Positions 1-9,238 of a DNA stretch of 64,000 bases are shown here, one piece after another. How positions within the stretch are numbered: position 1 is the stretch's first letter; the number at the start of each line of letters is the position of its first letter. The DNA comes from an uncultured Acidimicrobiia bacterium (GTDB taxonomy: Bacteria; Actinomycetota; Acidimicrobiia; Spongiisociales; UBA4744): the NCBI GenBank assembly GCA_964594235.1, contig CAZQMF010000002.1, positions 5,697 through 69,696 of the forward strand, read 5' to 3'. Made by a program: the position numbers and the translations under genes. The notes beneath the pieces are model-generated. The model did no database searches. It saw nothing but the letters and a program-made list of their open reading frames with translations, and had not been told where the DNA came from.

Positions 1-259
1 CCGACCGGAAGCTCGCATCATGGCGTTCAGTGCGGTCGAGGAGACCGTGAAGCGGATGGCCCTCTACAGGGGAGTGACGCCTCTGGCATGCGAGCGATTC
101 GAATCAACAGACGACATGATCGACATGGCCGACCGGTACCTCGTCGCCGGGGGTTTCTGCTCTCGTGAGACGGGTGTAGTGGTCGTGGCCGGAACCCCTC
201 CCAACAGAAGCGCCTCCACCAACCTGTTGAAACTCCACACGGTCGGAGGTGACCGGTAG
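1..259 (+). CDS. pyk: Pyruvate kinase, C-terminal fragment (5' end lies outside the window)
   Basis: The frame that includes ORF 20..259 reads ...RPEARIMAFSAVEETVKRMALYRGVTPL...LVAGG...TGVVVVAGTPP...TNLLKLHTVG. This is the typical pyruvate kinase C-terminal (allosteric) domain. The frame is open to position 1. Confidence 0.55.
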   Translation, partial: RPEARIMAFSAVEETVKRMALYRGVTPLACERFESTDDMIDMADRYLVAGGFCSRETGVVVVAGTPPNRSASTNLLKLHTVGGDR

Positions 260-566
260 GCTTGCGGCGACGAGGGAGCGCATGATGGGCCAGAGGATCG
301 AAGTAGCAGCCGAGACGCACGGCGACACCGCCGTCTTCGTCACCGATCGGACGATCACAGGACAGGATGCCGGAGCCTTTCAAAGGACAGGCCCCTTCGA
401 AGGATTCGCAGGAGGCGTCGCCGAGCGCCTCTTCCACATCGATCCCGCGATCGAACATGTCTTCGTCCAGTTCAATGTCGTCTCCGTTCGTCGCAACGGC
501 GGATGGGATGACGGAAGCCTGGAGCGGGCATCCGAGCAGATAGGCGACTTCTTCTTGGTGTACTGA
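249..566 (+). CDS. Hypothetical small protein, about 92-105 aa (start uncertain, possibly the MMGQR... start)
   Basis: ORF in the track with no recognisable domain. It lies between the pyk end and repeat copy A. Its composition is consistent with coding, but ORF 104..358 on the minus strand overlaps it. Confidence 0.25.
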   Translation: MTGRLAATRERMMGQRIEVAAETHGDTAVFVTDRTITGQDAGAFQRTGPFEGFAGGVAERLFHIDPAIEHVFVQFNVVSVRRNGGWDDGSLERASEQIGDFFLVY

Positions 567-567
567 C

Positions 568-682
568 CACGGGTTCTCGGTTGTCGGTTTTCGGTTCTTG
601 GTAAGAAACTCGCCCTGGGGTCGCCGTGCGCGTTCAGGTCGCGTGCTTAGTGATGACCGGTGGCTGCGAGCGAAGCCGAGCG
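568..682 (+). repeat. Dispersed intergenic repeat, copy A. It carries the GGTTCTCGGTTGTCGGTTTTCGGTTCT module, a degenerate TGATGAC region and the GCGAGCGAAGC end.
   Basis: It aligns block-by-block with 18339-18470 and 40405-40645: ggttgtcggtt / ttcggttct / (c/g)tcgccct / gcgttc / tgatgac / gcgagcgaagc. Confidence 0.6.
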
Positions 683-2602
683 CTAGGGCGCCGTCGTGGT
701 ACTTGACGTCGTCGCGACTGTCGTCGTGGTCGTCTCCGTCGTCGTCGTGGGGCAAGGGATCGGCTCCGAACCATCCTCCGGTGGGATCATGCACGGGTTG
801 ACCTGGACCTTCCGAGGCTCCGGTCGGTAGCGAACCGTCCACTTCTGCGTGTCGACGTGACCGTCCGGGTACTCGATGTCCCTGGTGACGATCACGCTCC
901 AGCCGATTCTCCCTTTCTGGTCCACGATCTCCTCGTCAGGGGCGAGGTCGGGGTTCGGCGTGTACTCGGTCCGGGGGTCGGTCTGATCGAATCGGCCGGA
1001 GACGCTCGATGTCACCTTGCGGGCGGTGCCGTCGCCTTCCGACATGACGGTTGCGTAGGTCTTGCCGCCTTTCTGCTCGCCGACAACGGTCCTTCCACCG
1101 TTGTCGCCGTAGAAACTGACGGTCAGCGAGGTGTCGGTGTAGGAGGTCTTGATGAGGATCGCCGCGTCGGAATCGTTTCGGAAGATGAGGTTCGGTGCCG
1201 GCCACGAGATCGTTGCTTCATGGCCCTCCGGGTAGCGGGTGAAGTAGTAGCTGTGGGGCTTGTGTGTGACGTCCTCATATCCGCCGTAGAACACCGCGTT
1301 GTAGAACGTCGTCGCGAACTGGCTCACGCCGCCGCCGATCGTGTCGACCATCTCCCCTTCGATGATCGTGTGGTCCGGCAGGAATCCACGGGCGGTGTCG
1401 CGTTCGCCGACATACGCGTTGACCGAGAACTCCTCCCCGGGGAGGACGATCGCGCCGTCGATGATGTCGGCCATCAGGTGGATGTTCGTCACCCTGTTCT
1501 GGCAGCAGGAGTAGTAGGTCGTGAATTGGGACACGAGGTGCTTGATGTCCAGAGCCTCTGCATCCTCGGTCGTGAACTCGGGCTGGGCATCGTTCTCATA
1601 CGGGAGGATGCCGGAGCGATTCGGAGTCTGGGATGCGATGAGCAGGGCACCGGTGGTGGCGGTCGGGTCGACGATCTCACCGGGGTGACTGGGGGTGATC
1701 CGCACCGTGCCGTCCTCGGCCACCTCATACGCGGCATCCTGCGGGGCGACCCCAAGGCCGGCGCTTTCGGGCGCAAGAATCTCAGCGACCACCTCGGGAT
1801 CGAATGACAGCTCGATGTGAGGCGGGGAGTCGTGGACGACCTTGCTCGTGAGAGCAGACGCGAGCTGTTTGGATGTGAACACCACCGACAGATCCGGGTT
1901 CGTGCGAGACAGGGCGATGGGTGATCCGATCATGCCTTGGGCTTCGGCTACCGCGGCGTCGATGTCGGCGTCCGTGAGTTCTGGTGTGATGTCCGTCTCC
2001 GGGAGGGTCACGGTGGGATGGGCCGGATCGAGCATGGTTTCGAGGATGAGGTTCGAAGCGGCCGCTCGGTCGATTCCGACGCCATCGTGTGGGTAGCGTC
2101 CGACCGCCTTTCCATCTTCGACTTCGACGGCTCCGTTGAAGGCGTGATCCGAGAATGCCGACTCGTCCCAGTAGTCGAACACATCGCTGAGCGCTGCTGC
2201 GTCGAGCGTTCCCTCGAGCGGGATCTGCTCCTTGCTCACGAGGTGGCCGAGCCACCAACCGAATTGGTCGACGATGGAACCGTTCCTTCCGGCGGCGAGC
2301 GCCTGTCTGGCCATGTCTGAGCGTTCGAGTGCAAAACCGACCGCATCCGGATCGAGTTGCTGGGTCGTGTCACCCACCTCGAGGACTGCACGTGCTGATG
2401 CGAGGGAGTCCTCGAAGCTGAGCAGCCTCAGCCGTGCAGCGGGCTCATCGGCGCCCGAGAGGTCGACCGACGCCACATAGACGTTGTGGAGGACCTTGCC
2501 ATAGTGGAGGGCCCTGTCGACTCCAAACGCAGCCAGGACGACCAGAAGCAGGGTGGCGAGCGCACCCAAAGAGACGATGGTGATGCGAGACGTGCGTGAC
2601 AT
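683..2602 (-). CDS. VanW-family protein with an N-terminal TM anchor and a C-terminal Thr-rich tail
   Basis: 639-aa ORF with an N-terminal hydrophobic segment (IVSLGALATLLLVVLAAF). The central/C-terminal region matches VanW-like blocks (FTTYYSCCQNRVTNIHL...LPGEEFSVNAYVGERD...DTIGGGVSQFATTFYNAVFYGGY...YFTRYPEGHEATISWP). It ends in ...TTTTETTTTTVATTSSTTTAP. Confidence 0.75.
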   Translation of the reverse strand: MSRTSRITIVSLGALATLLLVVLAAFGVDRALHYGKVLHNVYVASVDLSGADEPAARLRLLSFEDSLASARAVLEVGDTTQQLDPDAVGFALERSDMARQALAAGRNGSIVDQFGWWLGHLVSKEQIPLEGTLDAAALSDVFDYWDESAFSDHAFNGAVEVEDGKAVGRYPHDGVGIDRAAASNLILETMLDPAHPTVTLPETDITPELTDADIDAAVAEAQGMIGSPIALSRTNPDLSVVFTSKQLASALTSKVVHDSPPHIELSFDPEVVAEILAPESAGLGVAPQDAAYEVAEDGTVRITPSHPGEIVDPTATTGALLIASQTPNRSGILPYENDAQPEFTTEDAEALDIKHLVSQFTTYYSCCQNRVTNIHLMADIIDGAIVLPGEEFSVNAYVGERDTARGFLPDHTIIEGEMVDTIGGGVSQFATTFYNAVFYGGYEDVTHKPHSYYFTRYPEGHEATISWPAPNLIFRNDSDAAILIKTSYTDTSLTVSFYGDNGGRTVVGEQKGGKTYATVMSEGDGTARKVTSSVSGRFDQTDPRTEYTPNPDLAPDEEIVDQKGRIGWSVIVTRDIEYPDGHVDTQKWTVRYRPEPRKVQVNPCMIPPEDGSEPIPCPTTTTETTTTTVATTSSTTTAP

Positions 2603-2665
2603 GATCGAACCTGGACGCCCGCAGGATAGCCGATCTCCGCGTCAGGACAGCCCTACCATTCGAGC

Positions 2666-3430
2666 GTGATCGTGTTCCCCGACGTCCAGCCTGGCGACGA
2701 CATCCGCGTGTCCGCCTCGACGTTCGTCGCGTACCGGGAGTGCCCGGATTACGCGAAGTCGCGGCTCGAACAGGTGTGGGGCCCCGACACGATCGCAGGC
2801 TTCAAGGGCGGCTTGGCCCATCAGCTGTTTGCGCGACACCTCACGTCGGGCCCCATTCCCCCCGAAGAGATAGCGCATGTCTGCCGGGAAGAGATCGGCG
2901 CCTCGAACCTGAATCACAAGATGGGTCCTCTCGGAATCAAGCCATCGGACCTCGACAGGGTGATCGGAGAGGTCGGGGCGCTCTACGACCGTTTCCGGCA
3001 GTTTCCCACCGACGGGTTCGAGGGAGCGGAGGTGCCGCTGGAGGCGATCCCTGTTGAAGGGGTCACACTGCACGGAAAGGTCGACGCGGTGTTCACCGAT
3101 CCCGCGGGTGTCCGATTGGTCGACTGGAAGACCGGTGACGTGGGTGATGTCGACGACCAGCTCGGCTTCTACGCGCTGCTGTGGTCGCTCGATCGGGGGA
3201 GTCTGCCCGGCGCGGTCGAGGCGGTATCGATACGCACAGGTGAGCGTCACATGTCCCAACCGGAGCCGGCAACCGTGAAGGACACGGCACGACAGGTGGC
3301 CGACATGGTCGACTCCTTGCGAGCCGCCTGGCGCGAGAAGCGGGGAATCGAACGGGTTGGCGGTCCGTGGTGCCGCTACTGCGGTCTCCTCCCGACGTGC
3401 GACGAAGGTCGGTCCGCCACGTCGCTGTGA
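2666..3430 (+). CDS. PD-(D/E)XK nuclease-superfamily protein (Cas4/RecB-like) with a C-terminal Cys cluster
   Basis: 254 aa. It has ...VDAVFTDPAGVRLVDWKTGDV... (D...D/E-x-K core) and a C-terminal WCRYCGLLPTC plus an earlier YRECPDY. This is a candidate Fe-S cluster as in the Cas4/AddB nuclease domains. Confidence 0.55.
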   Translation: MIVFPDVQPGDDIRVSASTFVAYRECPDYAKSRLEQVWGPDTIAGFKGGLAHQLFARHLTSGPIPPEEIAHVCREEIGASNLNHKMGPLGIKPSDLDRVIGEVGALYDRFRQFPTDGFEGAEVPLEAIPVEGVTLHGKVDAVFTDPAGVRLVDWKTGDVGDVDDQLGFYALLWSLDRGSLPGAVEAVSIRTGERHMSQPEPATVKDTARQVADMVDSLRAAWREKRGIERVGGPWCRYCGLLPTCDEGRSATSL

Positions 3431-3433
3431 CAG

Positions 3434-3958
3434 TCAGTCGTCTTTGCCGTGATCGCCATGTCCATCGTCGGTCGACGCAACGATCGTCCCGCGCTCGCAC
3501 GTTGCGTGGAACGTCGACGTGTGCTCTTCACTCTCGAACGTGATCTCCACGGCCGAGTCGCTCACCTCATGCTGCACGACCTGATAGCCGGCCCGTGGTG
3601 CGGCGGACTTGAACACGATCCTGTCCCCATCGCACGCGACCTTCACCCACCCTCCATCGAGGTCATATCGTTCAGTCCCTGTTGTGGTCGTGGTGGTGAC
3701 CTGGGCCGGCTGTGTGGTCGTTGTGTCCATCGATGCCGTCGTGGTGGTCGTGTCGGCTCCGCCCTCGGTGGTCGACGTGAAGGTCGGGAGGCTGGTGGTC
3801 GGCTCCTGGGAGGAGTTCGTCTGGGCCGGAACTGCAGCGCGGGATGGCCTGTCGGTGACTTGGTCCCTGACGAGTGCAACTGCTTGACTGGCCAGCGCCA
3901 CCGCCAGAACGGTGCCCATGAGCCAGGCGGCGAACAAGCCGAGCCGTCGAGTATTCAC
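3434..3958 (-). CDS. Secreted or membrane-anchored hypothetical protein with a Thr-rich linker and a 2-Cys globular domain
   Basis: It has an N-terminal signal/anchor (LGLFAAWLMGTVLAVALASQA), then a T-rich low-complexity stretch (TTTTASMDTTTTQPAQVTTTTTTGT), then a C-terminal domain with two Cys. It is convergent with the nuclease gene, and the stops are 4 nt apart. Confidence 0.5.
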   Translation of the reverse strand: MNTRRLGLFAAWLMGTVLAVALASQAVALVRDQVTDRPSRAAVPAQTNSSQEPTTSLPTFTSTTEGGADTTTTTASMDTTTTQPAQVTTTTTTGTERYDLDGGWVKVACDGDRIVFKSAAPRAGYQVVQHEVSDSAVEITFESEEHTSTFHATCERGTIVASTDDGHGDHGKDD

Positions 3959-4010
3959 GATGGCAGTCTGGTCGGGTACGGAGCATCCGGGCGGTAAGGA
4001 GAGGTTAAGG

Positions 4011-4032
4011 ATGCACTAAGCGGGCTGTGCAT
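4011..4032. promoter_or_regulatory. Inverted repeat ATGCAC-N10-GTGCAT, 30 nt upstream of the response-regulator start (candidate operator)
   Basis: atgcactaagcgggctgtgcat; the arms are exact reverse complements. Confidence 0.2.
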
Positions 4033-4061
4033 TCGGTCAATCGAAGATAGGGTTTGCGTTC

Positions 4062-4739
4062 GTGGCATCCGTGCTGATCATCGAGGATGATGTTCGAATC
4101 CGTCAGACGCTCTCCGCGCTCCTTGCCGACAGGGGACACGATGTCGAATCGGTTGGGGCGGGCATGGCGGGTCTCGAGGCGACGTTGTCGCGGAACCGCG
4201 ACGTGGTGATCCTCGATCTCGGGCTGCCCGACATCGACGGTGCCGAACTCCTCAAGATGATTCGGGCGGTGACGTCCACACCCGTGATCGTCGCGACCGC
4301 CCGCGACGACGAGCATGAGATCGTGCGGCTGCTCGACACCGGCGCCGACGACTACGTGGTCAAGCCGTTCTCGGCACGGCACCTCGATGCGAGAATCCGT
4401 GCGGTGCTCCGCCGCGGCATGACGAGCGACGATGACAAGGTCATCGAAGTGGGCGATCTGGTGATCGACACAACATCGAGGGAGGTGTCGCTCGCGGGGA
4501 GTGCGGTGTCGTTGAGCAGGAAGGAATTCGATCTGCTCGCCTATCTCGCGACGCGGCCCGGCACGGTGATCAGCAAGCGAGAGCTGCTTGCGGAGGTGTG
4601 GCGTCAGCCGTACGGGGGAGCGGACAAGACCGTCGACGTACACCTGTCCTGGTTGAGGAAGAAGCTCGGCGAAACGGCAGCCCAGCCGAAGTATCTGCAC
4701 ACGGTGCGGGGAGTTGGCGTCAAGCTGGTGGCGCCGTGA
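4062..4739 (+). CDS. Two-component response regulator, OmpR/PhoB family (receiver + winged-helix)
   Basis: GTG start. It has receiver motifs (LIIEDD...DVVILDLGLPDIDG...DYVVKPF) and a C-terminal trans_reg_C-like region (SRKEFDLLAYLATRPGTVISKRELLAEVW...VDVHLSWLRKKL). Confidence 0.85.
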   Translation: MASVLIIEDDVRIRQTLSALLADRGHDVESVGAGMAGLEATLSRNRDVVILDLGLPDIDGAELLKMIRAVTSTPVIVATARDDEHEIVRLLDTGADDYVVKPFSARHLDARIRAVLRRGMTSDDDKVIEVGDLVIDTTSREVSLAGSAVSLSRKEFDLLAYLATRPGTVISKRELLAEVWRQPYGGADKTVDVHLSWLRKKLGETAAQPKYLHTVRGVGVKLVAP

Positions 4740-6013
4740 GAAGAAGGCTCGCCGTGGTCTCCGCCGCCGTCACGGCGATGGTGGTGCTTGCCTTCCTCAT
4801 CCCACTCGCTGGAATGGTCAAGACCCTTGCCCGCGATCGGGTCTTGGTTGCTGCCGAGCGCGACGCACAGATCTTTGCGCAGACCCTCAGCCCGTACATC
4901 GTCGGCGGAGATTCCGACGACGTTGCGTCGGTGGTGGGCACCGGCGAGCTGTCGGGAGGCGGGCTCCTGTCGATCATTCTTCCGGATGGAACCGTTGTGG
5001 GGGCACCTGTCTCGCTTGACGCCGGGTACCGGCGGGCGGTCGAGGGTGAGGCCTTCCGACAGCCGGTCGACGGTGGTGAGGCGATCTGGGTGCCGGTAGC
5101 TCTGAACGAGACGTTGGGGACGGCCGTCGTTCGGGTGTTCGTCGCCAAAGACCTCCTCACGCGCAACGTGGGGTCATCGTGGTTGATCCTCGGGTCGTTG
5201 GGAATCGCCCTCGTAGCCCTCTCCGCGCTTGTCGCCGACCGCCTCGCACGTTCTGTCGTGTACCCCGTGCAGGATCTTTCGAACGCTGCGCACCTGCTCG
5301 GCGAGGGTGACCTCTCGGTGCGAGTGAGCCCTGACGGTCCGCCGGAAGTCGTCGAGGTCGGAGAGGCGTTCAACCGGCTCGCCGGCAGGGTCGGCGACCT
5401 TCTCGAGGAGGAACGGCGCAACGCCGCCGATCTATCGCACCGGCTCCGGACGCCCCTCACCGCGCTCAGGTTGGAGATCGAGTCGATGCCCGAACGCACG
5501 GACCGTCTCACCGACGCGCTCGACGAACTGGAACGCACGGTCGACTACGTGATTCGACAGGCTCGTCGGCCGGTGCGAGAGGGCATTGGTGTGCTGACCG
5601 ATCTCGGCACCGTCGTCGATGAGAGGGTTTCGTTCTGGGGTGCACTCGCCGACGATCAGGGGAGGGAATGGTCGGCTGACGTTCGGGGAGGTCCGTACAT
5701 GGTTCATGTAGCCCGGGAAGATGCCGCGGCGATGGTCGACGCGTTGCTCGGCAACGTCCTTGCTCACACGCCCGAAGGAGTGGGGTTCCGGGTGCGGATC
5801 CACGCGAGAGATGGGAACGTACATCTGCTGGTCGATGACTCAGGTCCAGGTTTCGCCGACGGATCGCCGCGTCGTGGTCAGTCCAGTACCGGATCGACGG
5901 GTCTCGGTCTCGACATCGTTCGCCGGACGGCCGAGTCCACCGGCGGGACCTTGACAATCGGTCGAGCCGTGGACGGGGGAGGACTCGTGGAGGTCGTGTT
6001 CGGCCGGACGTGA
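4736..6013 (+). CDS. Sensor histidine kinase (TM-HAMP-HisKA-HATPase)
   Basis: The GTG start overlaps the RR stop (GTGA). It has an N-terminal TM, an H-box (LSHRLRTPLTALRLEIESM) and a G-box (GLGLDIVRRTAESTGGTLTI). Confidence 0.8.
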   Translation: MRRRLAVVSAAVTAMVVLAFLIPLAGMVKTLARDRVLVAAERDAQIFAQTLSPYIVGGDSDDVASVVGTGELSGGGLLSIILPDGTVVGAPVSLDAGYRRAVEGEAFRQPVDGGEAIWVPVALNETLGTAVVRVFVAKDLLTRNVGSSWLILGSLGIALVALSALVADRLARSVVYPVQDLSNAAHLLGEGDLSVRVSPDGPPEVVEVGEAFNRLAGRVGDLLEEERRNAADLSHRLRTPLTALRLEIESMPERTDRLTDALDELERTVDYVIRQARRPVREGIGVLTDLGTVVDERVSFWGALADDQGREWSADVRGGPYMVHVAREDAAAMVDALLGNVLAHTPEGVGFRVRIHARDGNVHLLVDDSGPGFADGSPRRGQSSTGSTGLGLDIVRRTAESTGGTLTIGRAVDGGGLVEVVFGRT

Positions 6014-6020
6014 CGGGTTC

Positions 6021-7694
6021 ATGTGGGACAATTCCACAGTGGAACACCTGATCTCACCGGTGGCACGGCTGCGCGCGTCGCTCGACGCACTGGCGGAGCA
6101 GGTCGAGGGGTTACGCTTCGACCTCCCGTCCGAGAGTCGTTCCTACCGTCTGGAGCTGAGGGACGAGCTGACTCGAAGCATTCGCGGGTATCTGATTCCC
6201 CGACTGGGTGATCTCGATGGAGATGTGGTTGCTGTCGTCGTCGGCTCGACGGGGAGCGGCAAGTCGACGCTCGTAAACACTCTGGCAGGGAAGAAGATCA
6301 CACCGACGGGTGCAATTCGACCGACGACGACAGCGCCGGTGGTGTGGTGCCACGTCGATCGAGCAGACGCCTACAGGACCGGGTTCTTCGGCGCTGTCGA
6401 GCCGACCATCGTCGGAGACGAGGAACTCATCCTTCGCGGAGTCACCCTGGTCGACGCGCCGGACTTCGACTCCGTCGTGACCGAGCATCGGGAGATCGCC
6501 GAGGATCTCCTGGCGGTGGCCGATCTGTGCGTGTTCGTGACCAGCGCGCAACGGTACGCCGATGCGGTTCCATGGGAGTTCCTCGAACAGGCGACGCGGC
6601 GTGGAGTGCCGACGATGTTCGTGATCAACCGATTGCCGGCCGATGGCAGGGACGGCATCGTGAGCGACTACCAGCGTCACCTCGCCGAGCGAGGGGTTTC
6701 GCGCGGTGACGTGACACTCATCGAGATAGGAGAGCAGGAGGTCATCGATGGCCGGCTGCCGGCATCTACGGTCGCCTTGATCAAGGACGCGCTGGAGCGA
6801 CTCGCCGATCCTGTCGACCGTCACCGAGTCCTGATCGACGCGACACGTGGAACGATCGACGATGCCGTGACGCGATGTCAGCAGCTCGCCAAGGAAGTCA
6901 GGCGCGACGCAGGCGAGGCACGAGCCTTGGCCGACATCGCGAGGAATGCGTACACAGACCAATACGCAGAAGTCGCCCGTTCGTTGAAAGACGGAACACT
7001 CATCAGAGCCGAGGTGGCTGCACGATGGCAGAAGTTCCTCGGTACCGGCAGGTTCCTCAAGGCGGTCGGCGATCGTCTCGGCAATCTGGGCCGGATGTTC
7101 ACGGACAGACCCTCCCCGGTGGACCCTGATGCACGCAGGGCGCTTGCTATGGAAGTCGAACGGCATCTCGATGCGGCAGCCGCACGGGCCGCAGACTCTT
7201 GGGAACTCGATCACGCCGGCAGGGCGCTTCTCGAGGAAGGGAGGTTGTGGCGTTCAACCCCCGGCCTCGAACGCCGACTCGAGGAGATGATGGACGAGTG
7301 GGTCATCGACGTCGGGACACTCGTCTCAGAACAGGGCAGCGATAGAAAACGTAGGGCACAAATAGGCTCGCTCGGGGTGAACGCGGCGGCAGTCGTTGCG
7401 ATCGTCGCGATCTTCTCACAGACAGGTGGGCTCACCGGCGGTGAGCTGGGTGTCGCCGCCGGGGCGGCAGCGCTTCAGCAGAAGCTCCTCGAGCAGGTGT
7501 TCGGGACGGCGGAGGTCAGGTCGATGGTCTCGGGTGCCCGCGACGCGCTGCTCGCCCGCCTCCAGACCGTCTTCGATCACGAGTCCAGCCGATTCACAGA
7601 GAGGGTGGTCACGCTCGGCTCGGATTCACCCGTCGAACTCGAGACCGCCACCACAGCCGTTCGTGATGCCGCGGAGAGGTTCTATGGCACCTGA
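6021..7694 (+). CDS. Dynamin-like GTPase (IniA/IniC-like, bacterial DLP family), paralogue 1
   Basis: It has a P-loop (VVVGSTGSGKSTLVNTLAG) followed by TGAIRPTTTAPVVW, then a long alpha-helical C-terminal region. The ATG lies 8 nt after the kinase stop. Confidence 0.7.
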   Translation: MWDNSTVEHLISPVARLRASLDALAEQVEGLRFDLPSESRSYRLELRDELTRSIRGYLIPRLGDLDGDVVAVVVGSTGSGKSTLVNTLAGKKITPTGAIRPTTTAPVVWCHVDRADAYRTGFFGAVEPTIVGDEELILRGVTLVDAPDFDSVVTEHREIAEDLLAVADLCVFVTSAQRYADAVPWEFLEQATRRGVPTMFVINRLPADGRDGIVSDYQRHLAERGVSRGDVTLIEIGEQEVIDGRLPASTVALIKDALERLADPVDRHRVLIDATRGTIDDAVTRCQQLAKEVRRDAGEARALADIARNAYTDQYAEVARSLKDGTLIRAEVAARWQKFLGTGRFLKAVGDRLGNLGRMFTDRPSPVDPDARRALAMEVERHLDAAAARAADSWELDHAGRALLEEGRLWRSTPGLERRLEEMMDEWVIDVGTLVSEQGSDRKRRAQIGSLGVNAAAVVAIVAIFSQTGGLTGGELGVAAGAAALQQKLLEQVFGTAEVRSMVSGARDALLARLQTVFDHESSRFTERVVTLGSDSPVELETATTAVRDAAERFYGT

Positions 7695-9228
7695 TCCAGG
7701 CAAGGCACTCGACACGCTCGACATGGTCGTGGCCAAGGCTCGGGACCTCACAGGCGATGACCGGCTCGAAACCTACGCGCGCCTGTCCACGCAGACGAGG
7801 TCACGGCTGGGGTTCCTCGGTGAGACGGTCGTTATCGCGCTGGCCGGCGGAACCGGCGTCGGCAAGTCCAGCCTCCTGAACGCGATCGCCGGCACGCACG
7901 TCGTACCCACCGGCACGATCCGGCCGACGACCGATCGTCCCAGGGTGTGGATGCCGGCGACACCGGAGCCCGGCTTGACCCGGCTCCTCGACTCGTTCGG
8001 GATCGACGAGCGGATTGGGCACTCAGGACGGATCGACGTCGCGATCATCGACCTGCCCGATTTCGACTCGATCGACCTGGGACATCGGGAAGTGGTCGAA
8101 CGACTCGTCCCACTGGTCGACGCGATCGTGTGGGTGTTCGATCCGCAGAAGTACGCCGATCGAGCCGTACACGAGGGCTACCTGCGGCCACTCTCGGATC
8201 ACCGCGACCGGTTTCTGTTCGTCCTCAACCAGATCGACCTGTTCGGCCCTGGGGAGCTCGATCTGGTGAGCGCCGATCTACTCACTCGCCTCGCCGAGGA
8301 CGGCATTCCTGACGCCGAGCTGTTCGCGACGGTTGCCGCCGAGGGTCGCACCGCCGGCATCGACAGACTCCGACGGTTCATCGATGATCGCCTCCTCGCG
8401 AAGCAGCTCGTCCTTGGGAAGCTCGCACACGACCTGTCGACTGCCGTCGAAGGGATCGGGTCAGTGGTCGGGGTGCGCGACGGGCTGGACTTCGATCGTC
8501 GATGGATGCTCACCCGCGACACCTCGGCCGGGTTGCTCGCCGACGTCGTTGCCGGTCCGCCTGAGATCGCCATCATCGAACGAGTGGGGCGCAGGCTCGC
8601 AGTTCGGTCGAGCCCCGCAGCATTGTTCGTTCGTGCGAGGGAACAGGACCGAGCGGAGCCCCACGGGCGACAGGATGCCGCCATCCAAGCAGCCTCCGGC
8701 GAAATCGACACCCTCGTGACCGACCTGGCGTTCGAGTCGGGGGGCTTCTTCGGGGCGCGGCTCCGCGCGATCTTCGGGCCGGCGGACGTCTCACGTCAAG
8801 TGAGGAGGTCGCTCGAAGGTACGAAACTCGCGGCTCCACCGGCCGTGATCCCTTCTGCATGGTGGAAGGTCGCCGCGATGGCGGAGTGGCTCATGGTCGC
8901 AACCGTCGTAGGGTCGATCGTGTGGGCATGGGCAAGGCCCGCCACGCTCGAGAGGGGCACGTGGCCATGGCCCATCATCGTGGGTCTCGCCGCAGTGCTG
9001 GTCGGCGCGGGGTTGGTTCGCCTCGTCATGTCCGGCGGGACCAGGGCCGGAAGGAGATCCGCCATCGCGTACCGGGAGACCGTCGTCGCGTCGGTCGGCT
9101 CGCAAGTCGATCGTCGATTCGGGGTCGAACTCCGCACGGCGATCAGGGACAGGGCAGAACTCGTCGGCCTGTTGACGGAGCTGTCGATCGAAGCCGCCAA
9201 GCTGGAGGCGGCCGTACCCACCGTCTAG
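7684..9228 (+). CDS. Dynamin-like GTPase (IniC-like), paralogue 2, with a C-terminal TM hairpin
   Basis: The ATG at 7684 overlaps the previous stop by 11 nt. It has VIALAGGTGVGKSSLLNAIAG...TGTIRPTTDRPRVWM, which is the same architecture as paralogue 1, and C-terminal hydrophobic segments (WWKVAAMAEWLMVATVVGSIVWAW...WPIIVGLAAVLVGAGLVRLVM). Confidence 0.7.
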   Translation: MAPDPGKALDTLDMVVAKARDLTGDDRLETYARLSTQTRSRLGFLGETVVIALAGGTGVGKSSLLNAIAGTHVVPTGTIRPTTDRPRVWMPATPEPGLTRLLDSFGIDERIGHSGRIDVAIIDLPDFDSIDLGHREVVERLVPLVDAIVWVFDPQKYADRAVHEGYLRPLSDHRDRFLFVLNQIDLFGPGELDLVSADLLTRLAEDGIPDAELFATVAAEGRTAGIDRLRRFIDDRLLAKQLVLGKLAHDLSTAVEGIGSVVGVRDGLDFDRRWMLTRDTSAGLLADVVAGPPEIAIIERVGRRLAVRSSPAALFVRAREQDRAEPHGRQDAAIQAASGEIDTLVTDLAFESGGFFGARLRAIFGPADVSRQVRRSLEGTKLAAPPAVIPSAWWKVAAMAEWLMVATVVGSIVWAWARPATLERGTWPWPIIVGLAAVLVGAGLVRLVMSGGTRAGRRSAIAYRETVVASVGSQVDRRFGVELRTAIRDRAELVGLLTELSIEAAKLEAAVPTV

Positions 9229-9238
9229 CCTGACCACA

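Noticed and set aside
27-842. 271-aa minus-strand ORF
   Set aside because: It overlaps the pyruvate kinase 3' end and repeat copy A on the opposite strand. It is Arg/Pro-rich with no motif, so it is a likely GC artefact.
857-1807. 316-aa plus-strand ORF
   Set aside because: It is antisense to the well-supported VanW-family gene (683-2602). It has an Arg/Gly-rich composition typical of high-GC mirror frames.
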